Positions 24,934 to 34,504 of a stretch of DNA of 64,000 nt are shown piece by piece. The stretch spans positions 131,903 through 195,902 of the forward strand of contig NIVC01000739.1 of NCBI GenBank assembly GCA_002269645.1. Reading direction: 5' to 3'. Each line of letters opens with the position of its first letter. Position 1 is the first letter of the stretch. The notes under the pieces were generated by a model. That model made no database searches, had not been told where the DNA came from, and saw only the letters and a program-made list of their open reading frames with translations. This DNA is from Macrostomum lignano (Eukaryota). Both the position numbers and the translations under genes were made by a program.

Positions 24934-25608
24934 TTGCAGCCGTCACCAAACCGTACAAAGTTCAACTTAGAAGAAGCGCTCCAGCTTCTCCCAATTCACT
25001 CTTCGCAACAAGCCGCGGTGTGCGGGTTCACCGGTACAGTGGCTTATTATCACTACGGATGCGATGGCTTGAACGACGCGGGCTGGGGCTGCGGCTATCG
25101 GGCCTGTCAAACTCAGCTGCACTGGCTGTTGAGCAATTCGAAACTTCAGCATCCCGATCCGGAAGTGCCGGCCATACCCGCAATGCAATCGGCTTTAGTT
25201 GCTATGGGCGATAAGCCGCCCAGTTTTACTGGATCTCGCGAATGGATCGGCTGTCTAGAAGCCGCCTACCTTGCAGATAAATTCGCTAATCGAAGGTGTC
25301 AGATATTGCATCAGAATAGTCAATCGAGCGAAGTCAATGTCGATGTGAAATCGTTGAAGAAACACTTTGAGGATGTCGGCTGTCCAGTGATGATGGGCGG
25401 TCATACTGACGCGTCTGCTAAGACTGTTCTGGCTGTGTCAGGTTCCGATACGGATCTGTTGCTGTTGGATCCTCACTATGGCCGAGTGGTCAATAGTCCT
25501 CCGTTAAGTCTTAGTGGCTTAGTTCACGAAGGCTGGCTCTCGTGGCGTAGTGTTGATTCTTTAACTGAGACCGCGTTTTACAATATGTGTCTGCCTTTAA
25601 CTGATTGA
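24934..25608 (+). CDS. UFSP1: UFM1-specific protease (peptidase C78), UFSP1-like; 5' end unresolved
   Basis: YYHYGCDGLNDAGWGCGYR (catalytic Cys), SREWIG, MMGG, DPHY (Asp/His). There is no in-frame ATG between the upstream stop (24880) and the catalytic Cys; acceptor TTGCAG| at 24939. Confidence 0.9.
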   Translation: MQPSPNRTKFNLEEALQLLPIHSSQQAAVCGFTGTVAYYHYGCDGLNDAGWGCGYRACQTQLHWLLSNSKLQHPDPEVPAIPAMQSALVAMGDKPPSFTGSREWIGCLEAAYLADKFANRRCQILHQNSQSSEVNVDVKSLKKHFEDVGCPVMMGGHTDASAKTVLAVSGSDTDLLLLDPHYGRVVNSPPLSLSGLVHEGWLSWRSVDSLTETAFYNMCLPLTD

Positions 25609-25719
25609 TTTGCTGTCAGGTTTGAAGTCTAGTGAAATGTTTAAATCTGGAGCAAGGTTATAATAAGGGTTGCTTAAGCCAGTAGTTTGTGAACTGCGGA
25701 GTCCTGTGTGGAAAGCTTG

Positions 25720-26255
25720 TCAAAATACTTAGTGAACTTTGTCAGAAGACTTGTGAAGATTGACAGAAGACTTTGTGAAGATTGGCAGAAGATTTTGTGA
25801 AGATTGCCAGAAGACTATGTGAAGCTTGGCAGAAGACTTTGTGAAGATAGACAGAAGGCTTTTCAGAAGACTTTGTGAAGCTTGGCAGAAGACTTTGTGA
25901 AGATTGCCAGAAGATTTTGTGAAGATTGCCAGAAGACTTTGTGAAGATTGATAGAAGACTTTGGGAAGATTGCCAGAAACCTTTGTGAAGATTGCTAGAA
26001 GACTTTGTGAATCTTGGCAGAACACATTGTGAAGATTGACACAAGACTTTGTGAAGATTGGCAGAAAACTTTGTAAAGATTGCCAGAAGATTTTGTGAAG
26101 ATGGACAGAAGACTTTGTGAAGATTGACAGAAGACTTTGTGAAGATTGCCAGAAGATTTTGTGAAGATTGACAGAAGACTTTGTGAAGCTTGGCAGAAGA
26201 CTTTGTGAAGATTGCCAGAAGATTTTGTGAAGATTGCCAGAAAACTTTGTGAAGC
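25720..26255. repeat. 22-bp minisatellite
   Basis: Unit GAAGACTTTGTGAAGATTGCCA, ~24 copies. Confidence 0.97.
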
Positions 26256-26456
26256 TTGAAACTTGTGTGATCTTGAAACTTATCTGCTTGAATATAATTC
26301 GGAATTCCCTTCTAGACTGTTCCGTGATTAACTTGCATTCCAGAATTTTAAAGCAACAAAGCTTTAGAAATCGTAGATTATAGGCTAATTCTAATCTGCA
26401 GATAAGTCGTAGAGAACGCTAGCATTGATAAGCACCCCGTGTTTAACTTGCTGCCT

Positions 26457-26733
26457 AGTAGAAGGCATGAGGGGGCTTCTGGGACAAAATTTTTCACCTC
26501 CTCCATAATCCCATTAAATCCATCTATATTATCCCTGACAGAATCAGAAAAAAAGGGGGGTCGCACTCGCTCACAAAACGTCCTCCATAATCCCATTAAA
26601 TCCATCCATATTATCCCCGACAGAATCATGAAAAAGTGGAGGGGTCGCACTTGCTCCGAAAACTTCGAACATAATCGTATTAAATCCATCCATATTATCC
26701 CTGACAGAATCAGTGCATAACAGATTTCCACTA
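26457..26733 (+). repeat. Left TIR, with three ~42-bp internal subrepeats
   Basis: Reverse complement of ~41640-41941 with scattered mismatches; subrepeat CATAATCCCATTAAATCCATCCATATTATCCCTGACAGAATCA x3 at ~82-bp spacing. Confidence 0.95.
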
Positions 26734-26934
26734 ACACCTGTTATGTTCACTGACACTGACATAATCCACTGACATCCACCCATAGCATCTTCGAAACAAT
26801 CAGAAAAAAAATCTGCATTCTTCTCCCCATGGGGCCCACATTCAATCCGAAGCGGCGAAACCAGATCCCTAAAACTTTAAATCCCCTAACCCAGGGTCCT
26901 TACCCTTTGAAAAAAATTAAATTTTCTCTAAAAA

Positions 26935-27177
26935 ATGTTTCCAGTTGTCTCTCCAGGTTCTTATTATACTCAGCCTAATCCATTGTACAAATCCAAGTAC
27001 CAATGCAAACTTGAATGCAGCGAGTACATGAGAAAATATTGGCCCAACGTTGATATCAATGTCCCTAATATTAATCTAGCTCTCCAAAGACACTGGTTTC
27101 ATAAGTATGGAGTAACCTACGTAAAAGATTACGACAGCTACTATAACTTTGCAGAAATCATTAAGCAATTGCGTTAA
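26935..27177 (+). CDS. Polinton accessory hypothetical protein (80 aa, Tyr/Trp-rich)
   Basis: ATG-to-stop ORF with the same AAAAA-ATG start context as the other element genes; no family recognised. Confidence 0.6.
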   Translation: MFPVVSPGSYYTQPNPLYKSKYQCKLECSEYMRKYWPNVDINVPNINLALQRHWFHKYGVTYVKDYDSYYNFAEIIKQLR

Positions 27178-27185
27178 AAACTGAA

Positions 27186-27334
27186 AGGCCAAAAGGCCAA
27201 AAGGCCAAAAGGCCAAAAGGCCAAAAGGCCAAAAAGGCCAAAAGGCCAAAAGGCCAAAAAGGCCAAAAGGCCAAAAGGCCAAAACCCTTTTCATTTTGGC
27301 CTTGCGCGAGGCCGAAATCGTTTGCATTCTGGCC
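27186..27334. repeat. (GGCCAAAA)n array (~12 copies) plus subterminal element
   Basis: 8-bp tandem array; 27275-27334 is homologous, inverted, to 40515-40580. Confidence 0.9.
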
Positions 27335-27558
27335 TTCCCTCGAGACGGAATTCTTCCTCGGCTGGGCTCAGTTAAAGTGAAAATCTCTCTCCCCCACGCG
27401 CGCTGCGCCCACATACATACACTCCCCTCTCCCCCACACACGCGACGCCCGCGCCCACAACCTGTCAGAATGGGGTAAGAGATTTTGAGTACACATGCGC
27501 GCATTTTTTTCATACCACTCTATTCTCTGCAAGCATACTTAAAAGGGAACGCATTTTC

Positions 27559-28421
27559 TCACATTCTCTCAATGATCAACGTCAATACAAACTCTTCACC
27601 GTTGAAATCAACACTCACCCCATCTTCAGTCTCAAGCTGTAGCACAATCTCGTGAATCTCCTTATTACTCAATACAACTCTTTTCACTGGATTTGGTTTC
27701 TCTACCACCATCTGTCCTCCAGCTACAGAGTTGGAGATGTTGTACAAAATATTAGTTCGCTTTCCTTTAAATACCCAATCAAGACTGAGATTAGTTCTGA
27801 TTAGAATATTCAAACCCTTTACAATGTCTGCTATATTGGGTGCTAAGAACAAACCGCGTACACTTTCCCGGGCCATGATAACGGCCCCGTCGCTTGAGTG
27901 GCGGTCCGCGCCGCGGATTCTGCCTTATAAACTTTCTTCTCGAATCCTAATTCCCTATACCAAGTGTCATCTTTAAACTCAACCTCCGCATTTTTGTGAA
28001 CTTGCATGACCACTCTCATTACAGTGAGATCATAGGTTAGTTTGACAGGGAACATTTTTTTATCTGGCTTACTCGCATCAGGTGTCTCAAAATGGCCTCT
28101 CTTAGTAAAGACATTTTCTAGAAAGTTATTGTAGGTATCCACACTCTGCGTGCTCACATGGAATACCACAGGGTCTGCTGCTGCACCTTTCCATTTGTAA
28201 TAAAACTTATTATTTGCTGCCGACACATTGGGAACGTTTGACCAACCAGTGAAGTCGTTAAGATAGACATGGTAATTAGCGCCTGGATCCAGGCGAATCG
28301 CCTGCTCTAATTTTTCAACAAACATCCCGTTTGAGTCATTAATTCGCCCAGTTATTGTAATAGGAATGCTCTCCTTGGAGTGTGAAACAATGTTGTTTAG
28401 TCTTTCGGCTATAGCTTCCAT
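27559..28421 (-). CDS. Minor capsid protein (penton), one frameshift (~287 aa reconstructed)
   Basis: Directly downstream of the MCP. N-part IRLDP..YHVYL...WSNVPNVSAANNKFYY...LGF; C-part ...GGQMVVEKP...EDGVSVDFNGEEFVLTLIIE. The two ORFs overlap in different frames near 27845-27930. Confidence 0.8.
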
Positions 28422-28441
28422 TTTTTGTCCTAAAAAAATAT

Positions 28442-29728
28442 TTAAACTTTACTGGATGAATTGTTGATCATGTTAAGCTTCACCTTCCTCTCAAATGCAT
28501 AGATAATGTACAAGTCCACGGGTGTTGCGACAGTCCTCTCAATGTTAGTCACGATATTCACAGGGCTGTTATCAGTAGGCATTTGTCTGGCAGACACATC
28601 AGCTCCAAACATCGGATATAGAGTTCCATATTGAAGAGCAGTGATAGCAATTCCATTGTTCTCTTTCACAGCCAAGTCGACCAACTCGCTATAAAATTTG
28701 CTAATCTTGTTCTGACTGAAATCTCCATTTTGTGGCAGTGCAGGGTAAAGATTATCACTGATTTCATGCTGAATGGACCGCACGTCTCCATGCATGTAGC
28801 GTATAATGCTATTTGGGTTTCTCATATTAATAATGATATACCTTGGATTGCTGCATGATCCCTCTTTGATGCAGATGTTTGTTCTAGTTTCGTTACGCTC
28901 ATCTCGACACATGTAGGCCGTGTATGCAACATCAATGTCCTTCTCTATTGCCTTGAGATAATCTGCTTTTAGTGCAGTCTTTGGCTCAATGACTTCCAAA
29001 TACAGCTCGATTCCGGTTAGCTTCACCTCCATCCTTGTGTGGTCCGCCCCAGTCCACAACACTCTACTGCGATCATCTCTAGTCATCTTAAAGGTGTAGC
29101 TAAAGTTACTAGTCAGTGGATTAAATGTATTACAGAATCCACTCATAAATCTCAGTGGTACAAATACATCAACAGACCGATACAGCGGGTTTTTAGCAGC
29201 ATCATCAGCACCTTGCAATGCATAGTTGTATCTCTTCTTCCTCTTTTTATAGCCACTGTCATTGATGTCTCCTTCTTTTTCATCTGCAATAAAACCCGCA
29301 CCACTTCCCAACTGAATAAAATCAGGATTCTCGATCAAACAATGAGCGTCATAGACAATTCCAAAGTTGGCGATTCGCTCCAACTCAGTGCTCCCATTCG
29401 ATACACTAAACTCCTTGAACATGTACGCCCAAAAGTTACTGATCAGAGCCACATCCGCATCATGCTTGTCAACGTTAGCACGAGCCGCATCCGCACCACC
29501 CTTTGTCTTGAATTGAAATGTCATATGGAAGCCGCTCTTAAGACTGTGCACACTAACCAAAGACGAACATCCATTGTATGTAAATGTCAGTGTTTGACCA
29601 GGACCAAGATTAGTTTCATTCTGATTTTCCTGACTGGGAACTCTTACCTGAGTCGCTTTGATTGTGCTATCATCACTCAAAATAGGCTTGTTAATTTTGT
29701 AGAAAACTGGTGTCAGTGGGTCGTTCAT
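28442..29728 (-). CDS. Major capsid protein (double jelly-roll, hexon-like)
   Basis: Intact 428-aa beta-rich ORF. N-terminal INKPILSDDSTI and C-terminal YPMFGADVS resemble Polinton MCP motifs; position next to the penton gene agrees. Confidence 0.8.
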   Translation of the reverse strand: MNDPLTPVFYKINKPILSDDSTIKATQVRVPSQENQNETNLGPGQTLTFTYNGCSSLVSVHSLKSGFHMTFQFKTKGGADAARANVDKHDADVALISNFWAYMFKEFSVSNGSTELERIANFGIVYDAHCLIENPDFIQLGSGAGFIADEKEGDINDSGYKKRKKRYNYALQGADDAAKNPLYRSVDVFVPLRFMSGFCNTFNPLTSNFSYTFKMTRDDRSRVLWTGADHTRMEVKLTGIELYLEVIEPKTALKADYLKAIEKDIDVAYTAYMCRDERNETRTNICIKEGSCSNPRYIIINMRNPNSIIRYMHGDVRSIQHEISDNLYPALPQNGDFSQNKISKFYSELVDLAVKENNGIAITALQYGTLYPMFGADVSARQMPTDNSPVNIVTNIERTVATPVDLYIIYAFERKVKLNMINNSSSKV

Positions 29729-29758
29729 TTTTTAACTAAAAATAAAATAAAATAAGAA

Positions 29759-30994
29759 ATGAAGCGAAAAAGTACACAGCAGATATCTGAATTGGAGAAG
29801 CTAGCACAAGCAGAGAAACGAGTTACCGGGCTAATAAATAAGGAGCAACAATCCTACAATGAGTTTGTCCAAGCAGCCACAGAGTTTCATAAGCCCGGGT
29901 ATGGAGAAGCTAAGAAAAATATTGATCAGGTCAAAGAAACTATCGACGACATACAGGAAACCCAAGTGCAAAAGGTTTTGGGTAAAATTCCAGAAGCACC
30001 ACAGATACAACCGCAACCACAGACACAACCGCAACCACAACAATCACAACAACAATCACAACCACATCAATCACAACTAAAAGTGACAGATAACATTTTT
30101 GGACCAGTAGAGCGTGTCGAACATGATGGGAAATATGTATTTGGAATAAGTATGTGGAGAAGAAACATTTATAATGAACCAGTGGAATATTATATCGACA
30201 TAAATAAGAAACATATTTCTGTTGTCAAAGGCTCGGAAACTAAGAGCATTCCTTTCACAGAAACCTTACTGACTTTTATGACCAAGAACCAAGAGAGAAT
30301 CTCGGACAAACAGCTAAAGAACTATAGAGATCTAGTGACTTTTTCTCTTGCTAGAGATATAGCAATACTAAAGGCCCCAGAAGTCCTGAGACTTATGTAT
30401 GATAACGGTGTCAACCTGACTAGATTCAAAAAGTACAATCACTTTAAACAATGGTTCGATTTGCCAGATCAGGGGGAAGTCATTGATCAGATGAAATATC
30501 TAGAACAACAACAACAACAGCAACAACAACCACAACCACAGCAGCAGCAACATTTCACAGAAGTACTCAGGCAACTGGAAAATGCAGATCCGACTCAAGT
30601 AGCTAAATATAAAAATGATCACCCAACAGACTGGCAACGCTTAGAACAACACTCTCCAGATCGAATGAATAGAATCAATCAAAGAGTTTTCACACCTCAA
30701 CAAAGACAGGCACCAAATGACAGTTCCATCTCTGAAAGTGAGCAGTCTTTTGCATCACCTCCCCAGCAGCTACAAGCCCAACCAACTCCACAACCCCAAG
30801 ACCAACCGCCCTCAACTGGAAAAGGAATTTCTGAAATCTACAAGCGAGTAGCGGTTCTTCTAGGAGCGGCAAAGACCGGAATGAAAGATGAAAATAGAAA
30901 AGAATTTGTCAACATCCTGGACAAAATGCTTGAGAGAAAATACATCGATAAGAGGGCGAGAGAGCTTCTGCTTTCGCGGTTCAACAAAAAATAA
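29759..30994 (+). CDS. Polinton protein with Gln/Pro-rich linkers and a conserved C-terminal helical motif
   Basis: Intact 411-aa ORF. The C-terminal GKG-ISEIYKRVAVLLGAAKTG...EFVNILDKML..KYI resembles a motif I recall from uncharacterised Polinton ORFs. Confidence 0.7.
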   Translation: MKRKSTQQISELEKLAQAEKRVTGLINKEQQSYNEFVQAATEFHKPGYGEAKKNIDQVKETIDDIQETQVQKVLGKIPEAPQIQPQPQTQPQPQQSQQQSQPHQSQLKVTDNIFGPVERVEHDGKYVFGISMWRRNIYNEPVEYYIDINKKHISVVKGSETKSIPFTETLLTFMTKNQERISDKQLKNYRDLVTFSLARDIAILKAPEVLRLMYDNGVNLTRFKKYNHFKQWFDLPDQGEVIDQMKYLEQQQQQQQQPQPQQQQHFTEVLRQLENADPTQVAKYKNDHPTDWQRLEQHSPDRMNRINQRVFTPQQRQAPNDSSISESEQSFASPPQQLQAQPTPQPQDQPPSTGKGISEIYKRVAVLLGAAKTGMKDENRKEFVNILDKMLERKYIDKRARELLLSRFNKK

Positions 30995-31010
30995 TTTATT
31001 TCAAGTAAAA

Positions 31011-31400
31011 ATGCCTCTTATTTTCGAAAAAGACATTGACAAATACTATGACAAAGAGGAACTTAATCTCATTAAACGCGGATCTGGACTTTTCCCTGCA
31101 GGCCACTATCCAAGAAAAGAACGCTCTGGGAATGGCCTTGCTGATTTGATCGCTCAAGGGGCCAAGATTTTTAAGGTCATTGGAGAGAACAAAGAGAACA
31201 TCAAGAACGTTGCCGAAGCGGCTGGCAGTGTAGCCACAGCAGCCAAAAAGATTAAAGATACTGTAACACCTAAACAAGAGATTCAACCTCCACTGGCCCC
31301 GCTGGCCCCGCTGGCCCCAAATCCAGACAGTGTGGACCCTGCAGTCTATGAGAAGATGAGAGCAAGCATTAAAAAAGGAAGTGGTTTCAAATTTGACTAA
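31011..31400 (+). CDS. Putative virion core/membrane-lytic protein with GxG protease-site-like motifs
   Basis: 129 aa from ATG 31011: KRGSG, RSGNG and KKGSG motifs; amphipathic LADLIAQGAKIFKVIGE after GNG; PLAPLAPLAP. Confidence 0.65.
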   Translation: MPLIFEKDIDKYYDKEELNLIKRGSGLFPAGHYPRKERSGNGLADLIAQGAKIFKVIGENKENIKNVAEAAGSVATAAKKIKDTVTPKQEIQPPLAPLAPLAPNPDSVDPAVYEKMRASIKKGSGFKFD

Positions 31401-31429
31401 AGGTACTTTCCGAGGGTACAAGACTAGTC

Positions 31430-31610
31430 CCGAAATGACACATCTAAGTCCCAAAATGACACATTTAAGTTCCAAAATGACACATCTAAGTCCCAATAAG
31501 TCCCAAAACGACACATTCAAGTCCCGAAATGACACATCTAAGTCCCAAAACGACACATTCAAGTCCCAAAACGACACATTCAAGTCCCGAAATGACACAT
31601 CTTCTAAATG
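31430..31610. repeat. 21-22-bp tandem repeat between Polinton genes
   Basis: Unit AAGTCCCAAAATGACACATCT, ~8 copies. Confidence 0.92.
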
Positions 31611-31641
31611 ATTTATTATTTAATTTTTTTTCATAGAAAAA

Positions 31642-32442
31642 ATGGACTTTTCAAACGACTTCAATCCTCACTGGACACGCAATCAGATAAAATTTGCTCA
31701 CAACGAGATAATTCCAGGGCACTTCCGATGCATTGTTGTTGGCTCATCTGGGTCAGGGAAAACCTTCAGAGTTTTTAACATGCTCCTCAGACCTGGATTC
31801 CTCGATTATGACACACTACATATCTATTCACCCACTCTGTATCAAGATGAGTATAAAATGCTAGTAGCGGGCCTACAGAACAAACTCAACAAAGAGGACA
31901 TTATTCAATGTTTTAATAACCAAATGAGCCTTCCCAGTAACCCTGAAATTGTAGCTGCTGAATATGCAAAGCACCTCAAAGACAATGAAAAATGGCAGAA
32001 CATTAAAGTGTTCACCTATGGAGATCCACAGGCTGATCCAAAGACCAAACTTCTACCCCAACCAGATGAGCTAGAAAAGGGGAGAAAGCATTTGATCGTC
32101 TTTGATGATTGTATGACAGGCCCACAGAAGCAGATAGAAAACTATTTTACAAGAGGACGACATAACAATTGTAATATAATTTACATTGCACAGAACTGGT
32201 TTGAACTGCCAAATAAAACAATTCGAGGTAACTGTAATTTGATTCTCCTTTTCCCAACCATACCACAAGATCGACTGAAACGATTTTATAATGAGGTCAT
32301 TGCCCCAGCTCACATTACATATCCAGCTAAGAACTCTAACAGAACAATATCACAGGAGGAATTCGTTAACATATGCTATGAAAAGTGGAACCAACCCTAT
32401 CAGTTTGTCATGATTAATAAGGAGAAAAGAATTTTACTTTAA
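31642..32442 (+). CDS. DNA packaging ATPase (A32/FtsK-like)
   Basis: Walker A VVGSSGSGKT, Walker B LIVFDDC, FTRGRH and YIAQ motifs; intact 266 aa. Confidence 0.95.
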   Translation: MDFSNDFNPHWTRNQIKFAHNEIIPGHFRCIVVGSSGSGKTFRVFNMLLRPGFLDYDTLHIYSPTLYQDEYKMLVAGLQNKLNKEDIIQCFNNQMSLPSNPEIVAAEYAKHLKDNEKWQNIKVFTYGDPQADPKTKLLPQPDELEKGRKHLIVFDDCMTGPQKQIENYFTRGRHNNCNIIYIAQNWFELPNKTIRGNCNLILLFPTIPQDRLKRFYNEVIAPAHITYPAKNSNRTISQEEFVNICYEKWNQPYQFVMINKEKRILL

Positions 32443-32458
32443 TTTTTCATTTAAAAAA

Positions 32459-33253
32459 ATGTCTATAAATTTTGCAGGTGAGTCAACTACAGGCAACAGC
32501 ACTCTCACAACTTCCTTCCTTGACAAGCGCTACATTAACACTGATGAAGAGATCCCAGAGATCAAACTGAATAAAAACAGACTGAAAGCCCTAGAGCGCT
32601 CCATGCACCAGTTGCAAATAAACATAGAAGATCTCAGGCTTAAAGTAGCTAGACAGAAGTTTGACAGTGATAAGCTTTATGTGCCGTTGTTAAACGCAAC
32701 TAATGAACTTAGGTCAGAAATAACTTCGATAGTCTCGCTAATCAACGGCTTGAGATCATCAGTTAATCTTCTGGGAAATTCCACTGATAGACGGATGCGT
32801 ATTCTCGAAGGAGGAGTTTTCACAAACACAGCTAAAGTAAATAATTTAGAAGAGTTTATGAACCAGTCAACAGCGTTGCATGATAGAATTAAAGAAAACG
32901 TCGCAACCAACACAGTTAAAGTCAATAATTTAGAAGAGTTCATGACTCAGTCAACATCGTTGCATGATAGAATTAAAGAAAGACTTGATGCAATTAAAGT
33001 CTATTTAGATTTAATTTTTACCGAATGGCAGAAATCGTTGAGAAGAATCAGTCGTCTTGAGGGAGTACACAATCTTCCTGATATTGATACTGTTGAAGAG
33101 GCACCACAGACCACAAGGGAAATAAGTGATCCAACCGACTTGACCACTGACCACAAATTTCGTGAGCCAACCAGTTTGACCACTAACCCAAAATTTCGTG
33201 AGCCAACCGGTTTGTTTGAGATCAAGTGTAGAATGGAGCGCATAGACAAATAA
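32459..33253 (+). CDS. Coiled-coil protein, candidate fibre/spike
   Basis: Intact 264 aa; long heptad pattern; 28-aa tandem duplication TNTxKVNNLEEFMxQSTxLHDRIKE; 12-aa repeats near the C-terminus. Confidence 0.6.
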   Translation: MSINFAGESTTGNSTLTTSFLDKRYINTDEEIPEIKLNKNRLKALERSMHQLQINIEDLRLKVARQKFDSDKLYVPLLNATNELRSEITSIVSLINGLRSSVNLLGNSTDRRMRILEGGVFTNTAKVNNLEEFMNQSTALHDRIKENVATNTVKVNNLEEFMTQSTSLHDRIKERLDAIKVYLDLIFTEWQKSLRRISRLEGVHNLPDIDTVEEAPQTTREISDPTDLTTDHKFREPTSLTTNPKFREPTGLFEIKCRMERIDK

Positions 33254-33367
33254 ATAGGTAGATTCGAAGAGACCTGCTGGCGCCAACTGCAGACGAAACA
33301 ATCAAACGTAAAACAAATCTAACCACCACCAACGAGTTGTCAATTTTTTTTAAAAAATTCTCTAAAA

Positions 33368-34024
33368 ATGGATGCTCAAAATTCTCTTTATGATCCGAAT
33401 GCTCCCACAGCACCCACAGCACCTAGTGCACCCCAATATGAGCAACAAAAACTCTACCCCGTCATTACTTGTAACTCTCAGCAGTTTCGACTGGTGGAGA
33501 TTCAAAAAATGCGTGATGATCTTGAAAAAAATATTTTCCACAACACAAAGAAAATTAAGCGCTATGACAACCACTGTAAATTTTTCGACTACAGCAATAT
33601 GATTCTAGGATCTGTGTCTGTTCTAACTGGGTCTGCTGCAGCTGTCTCAGTGTTGCCAGCCATCACAGTCCCAATCGCAATTCCACTTGGTTCAGTAGGT
33701 GCTGCATGTGGACTTATTTCAGCAATTACTGGAGCAGTAGCGCGAAACAGGCGAAAAAAACTAAAGCAGCTACAGGAGAAGCAAGTAAAAGAGAAAGGAG
33801 TGCACACTTCAATCATAGGGTACATTTCAAGGGCAATCGAGGATAAGTTCATTTCAGAGGATGAGTTCAAAACCATTCAGGATCTTTATGAACAATCAAT
33901 TCGAATGAACTTGAACATGGTCGGTACTGATGACATGAGTCAGCTGAGAAATGAACTCGAGAAAGTTCTTCAACATTATGTGGAAAGAAGGACAACGAGA
34001 AGGACAACGAGAAATGCACAATGA
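33368..34024 (+). CDS. Conserved Polinton membrane protein (hydrophobic hairpin; resembles the adintovirus ORF I recall as 'GasderminX')
   Basis: LYP...FRL.EI motif, two Gly/Ala-rich hydrophobic helices, then a basic stretch and ISRAIED..ISEDEF. Confidence 0.7.
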   Translation: MDAQNSLYDPNAPTAPTAPSAPQYEQQKLYPVITCNSQQFRLVEIQKMRDDLEKNIFHNTKKIKRYDNHCKFFDYSNMILGSVSVLTGSAAAVSVLPAITVPIAIPLGSVGAACGLISAITGAVARNRRKKLKQLQEKQVKEKGVHTSIIGYISRAIEDKFISEDEFKTIQDLYEQSIRMNLNMVGTDDMSQLRNELEKVLQHYVERRTTRRTTRNAQ

Positions 34025-34028
34025 ACCC

Positions 34029-34428
34029 TTATGAAACACAGCCAAGAATAATTTCCTTGTAGGTCTTTCGTGTTTTGGTCATTGCATACAAAACAGTCAT
34101 GCACAGCTCACCGCAAATATCACTGCTAAGACCTTGGAGAATAAAGTCTGAGCGATAAATTTTTTTATTTTTTTCCCTTCATATAATTTCTTAGCTCTTC
34201 TGGTACTGCCGTCCCATAGCTATCGAAGTAATAACACTTGTGCTTGCGATCGGGATCAATCACCCAGCAAACCCAATGAGATCCTGGCTTATCGGTGGTG
34301 TCAAAGTTCATGATGCCGCATTCCTTTCTTAGAGGAAAATCGGGCAGAGTGTCCCTCATAAATATTCCTCTAAAGTTTGGGATTTCCAGTTCGTTAGCCA
34401 AATCTTCAAGAAAGTTATTTGTCGTCAT
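34029..34428 (-). CDS. Adenain-like cysteine protease, one frameshift (~132 aa reconstructed)
   Basis: GSHWV (His), YFDSYG (Asp); after a +1 shift in the A7-T-A7 run at 34160-34174: IYRSDFILQGLSSDICGELC (Gln, catalytic Cys). Confidence 0.92.
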
Positions 34429-34504
34429 TTTTTTATGAGGTTTATTAAACTTTCTCTTAAACCTAAACCCAATCTCCTAATCTCCTAATCTCCAGTGCCC
34501 GAAT

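Noticed and set aside
25729-26044. Ser/Lys/Phe-rich ORFs
   Set aside because: Translations of the 22-bp minisatellite.
26378-26783. ORFs in the TIRs (mirrored at 41709-42071)
   Set aside because: They run across the element boundary into host DNA and only reflect the TIR subrepeats.
29039-29755. 238-aa plus-strand ORF
   Set aside because: Antisense to the MCP, GTG start, no motifs.
30996-31611. ORFs over the 21-22-bp repeat
   Set aside because: Repeat translations or antisense shadows without the element's start context.
34160-34180. Programmed -1 frameshift at G_GGA_AAA in the protease
   Set aside because: The catalytic-Cys half lies in the +1 frame; a -1 slip reaches an unrelated frame that soon stops. 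A homopolymer indel explains it better.
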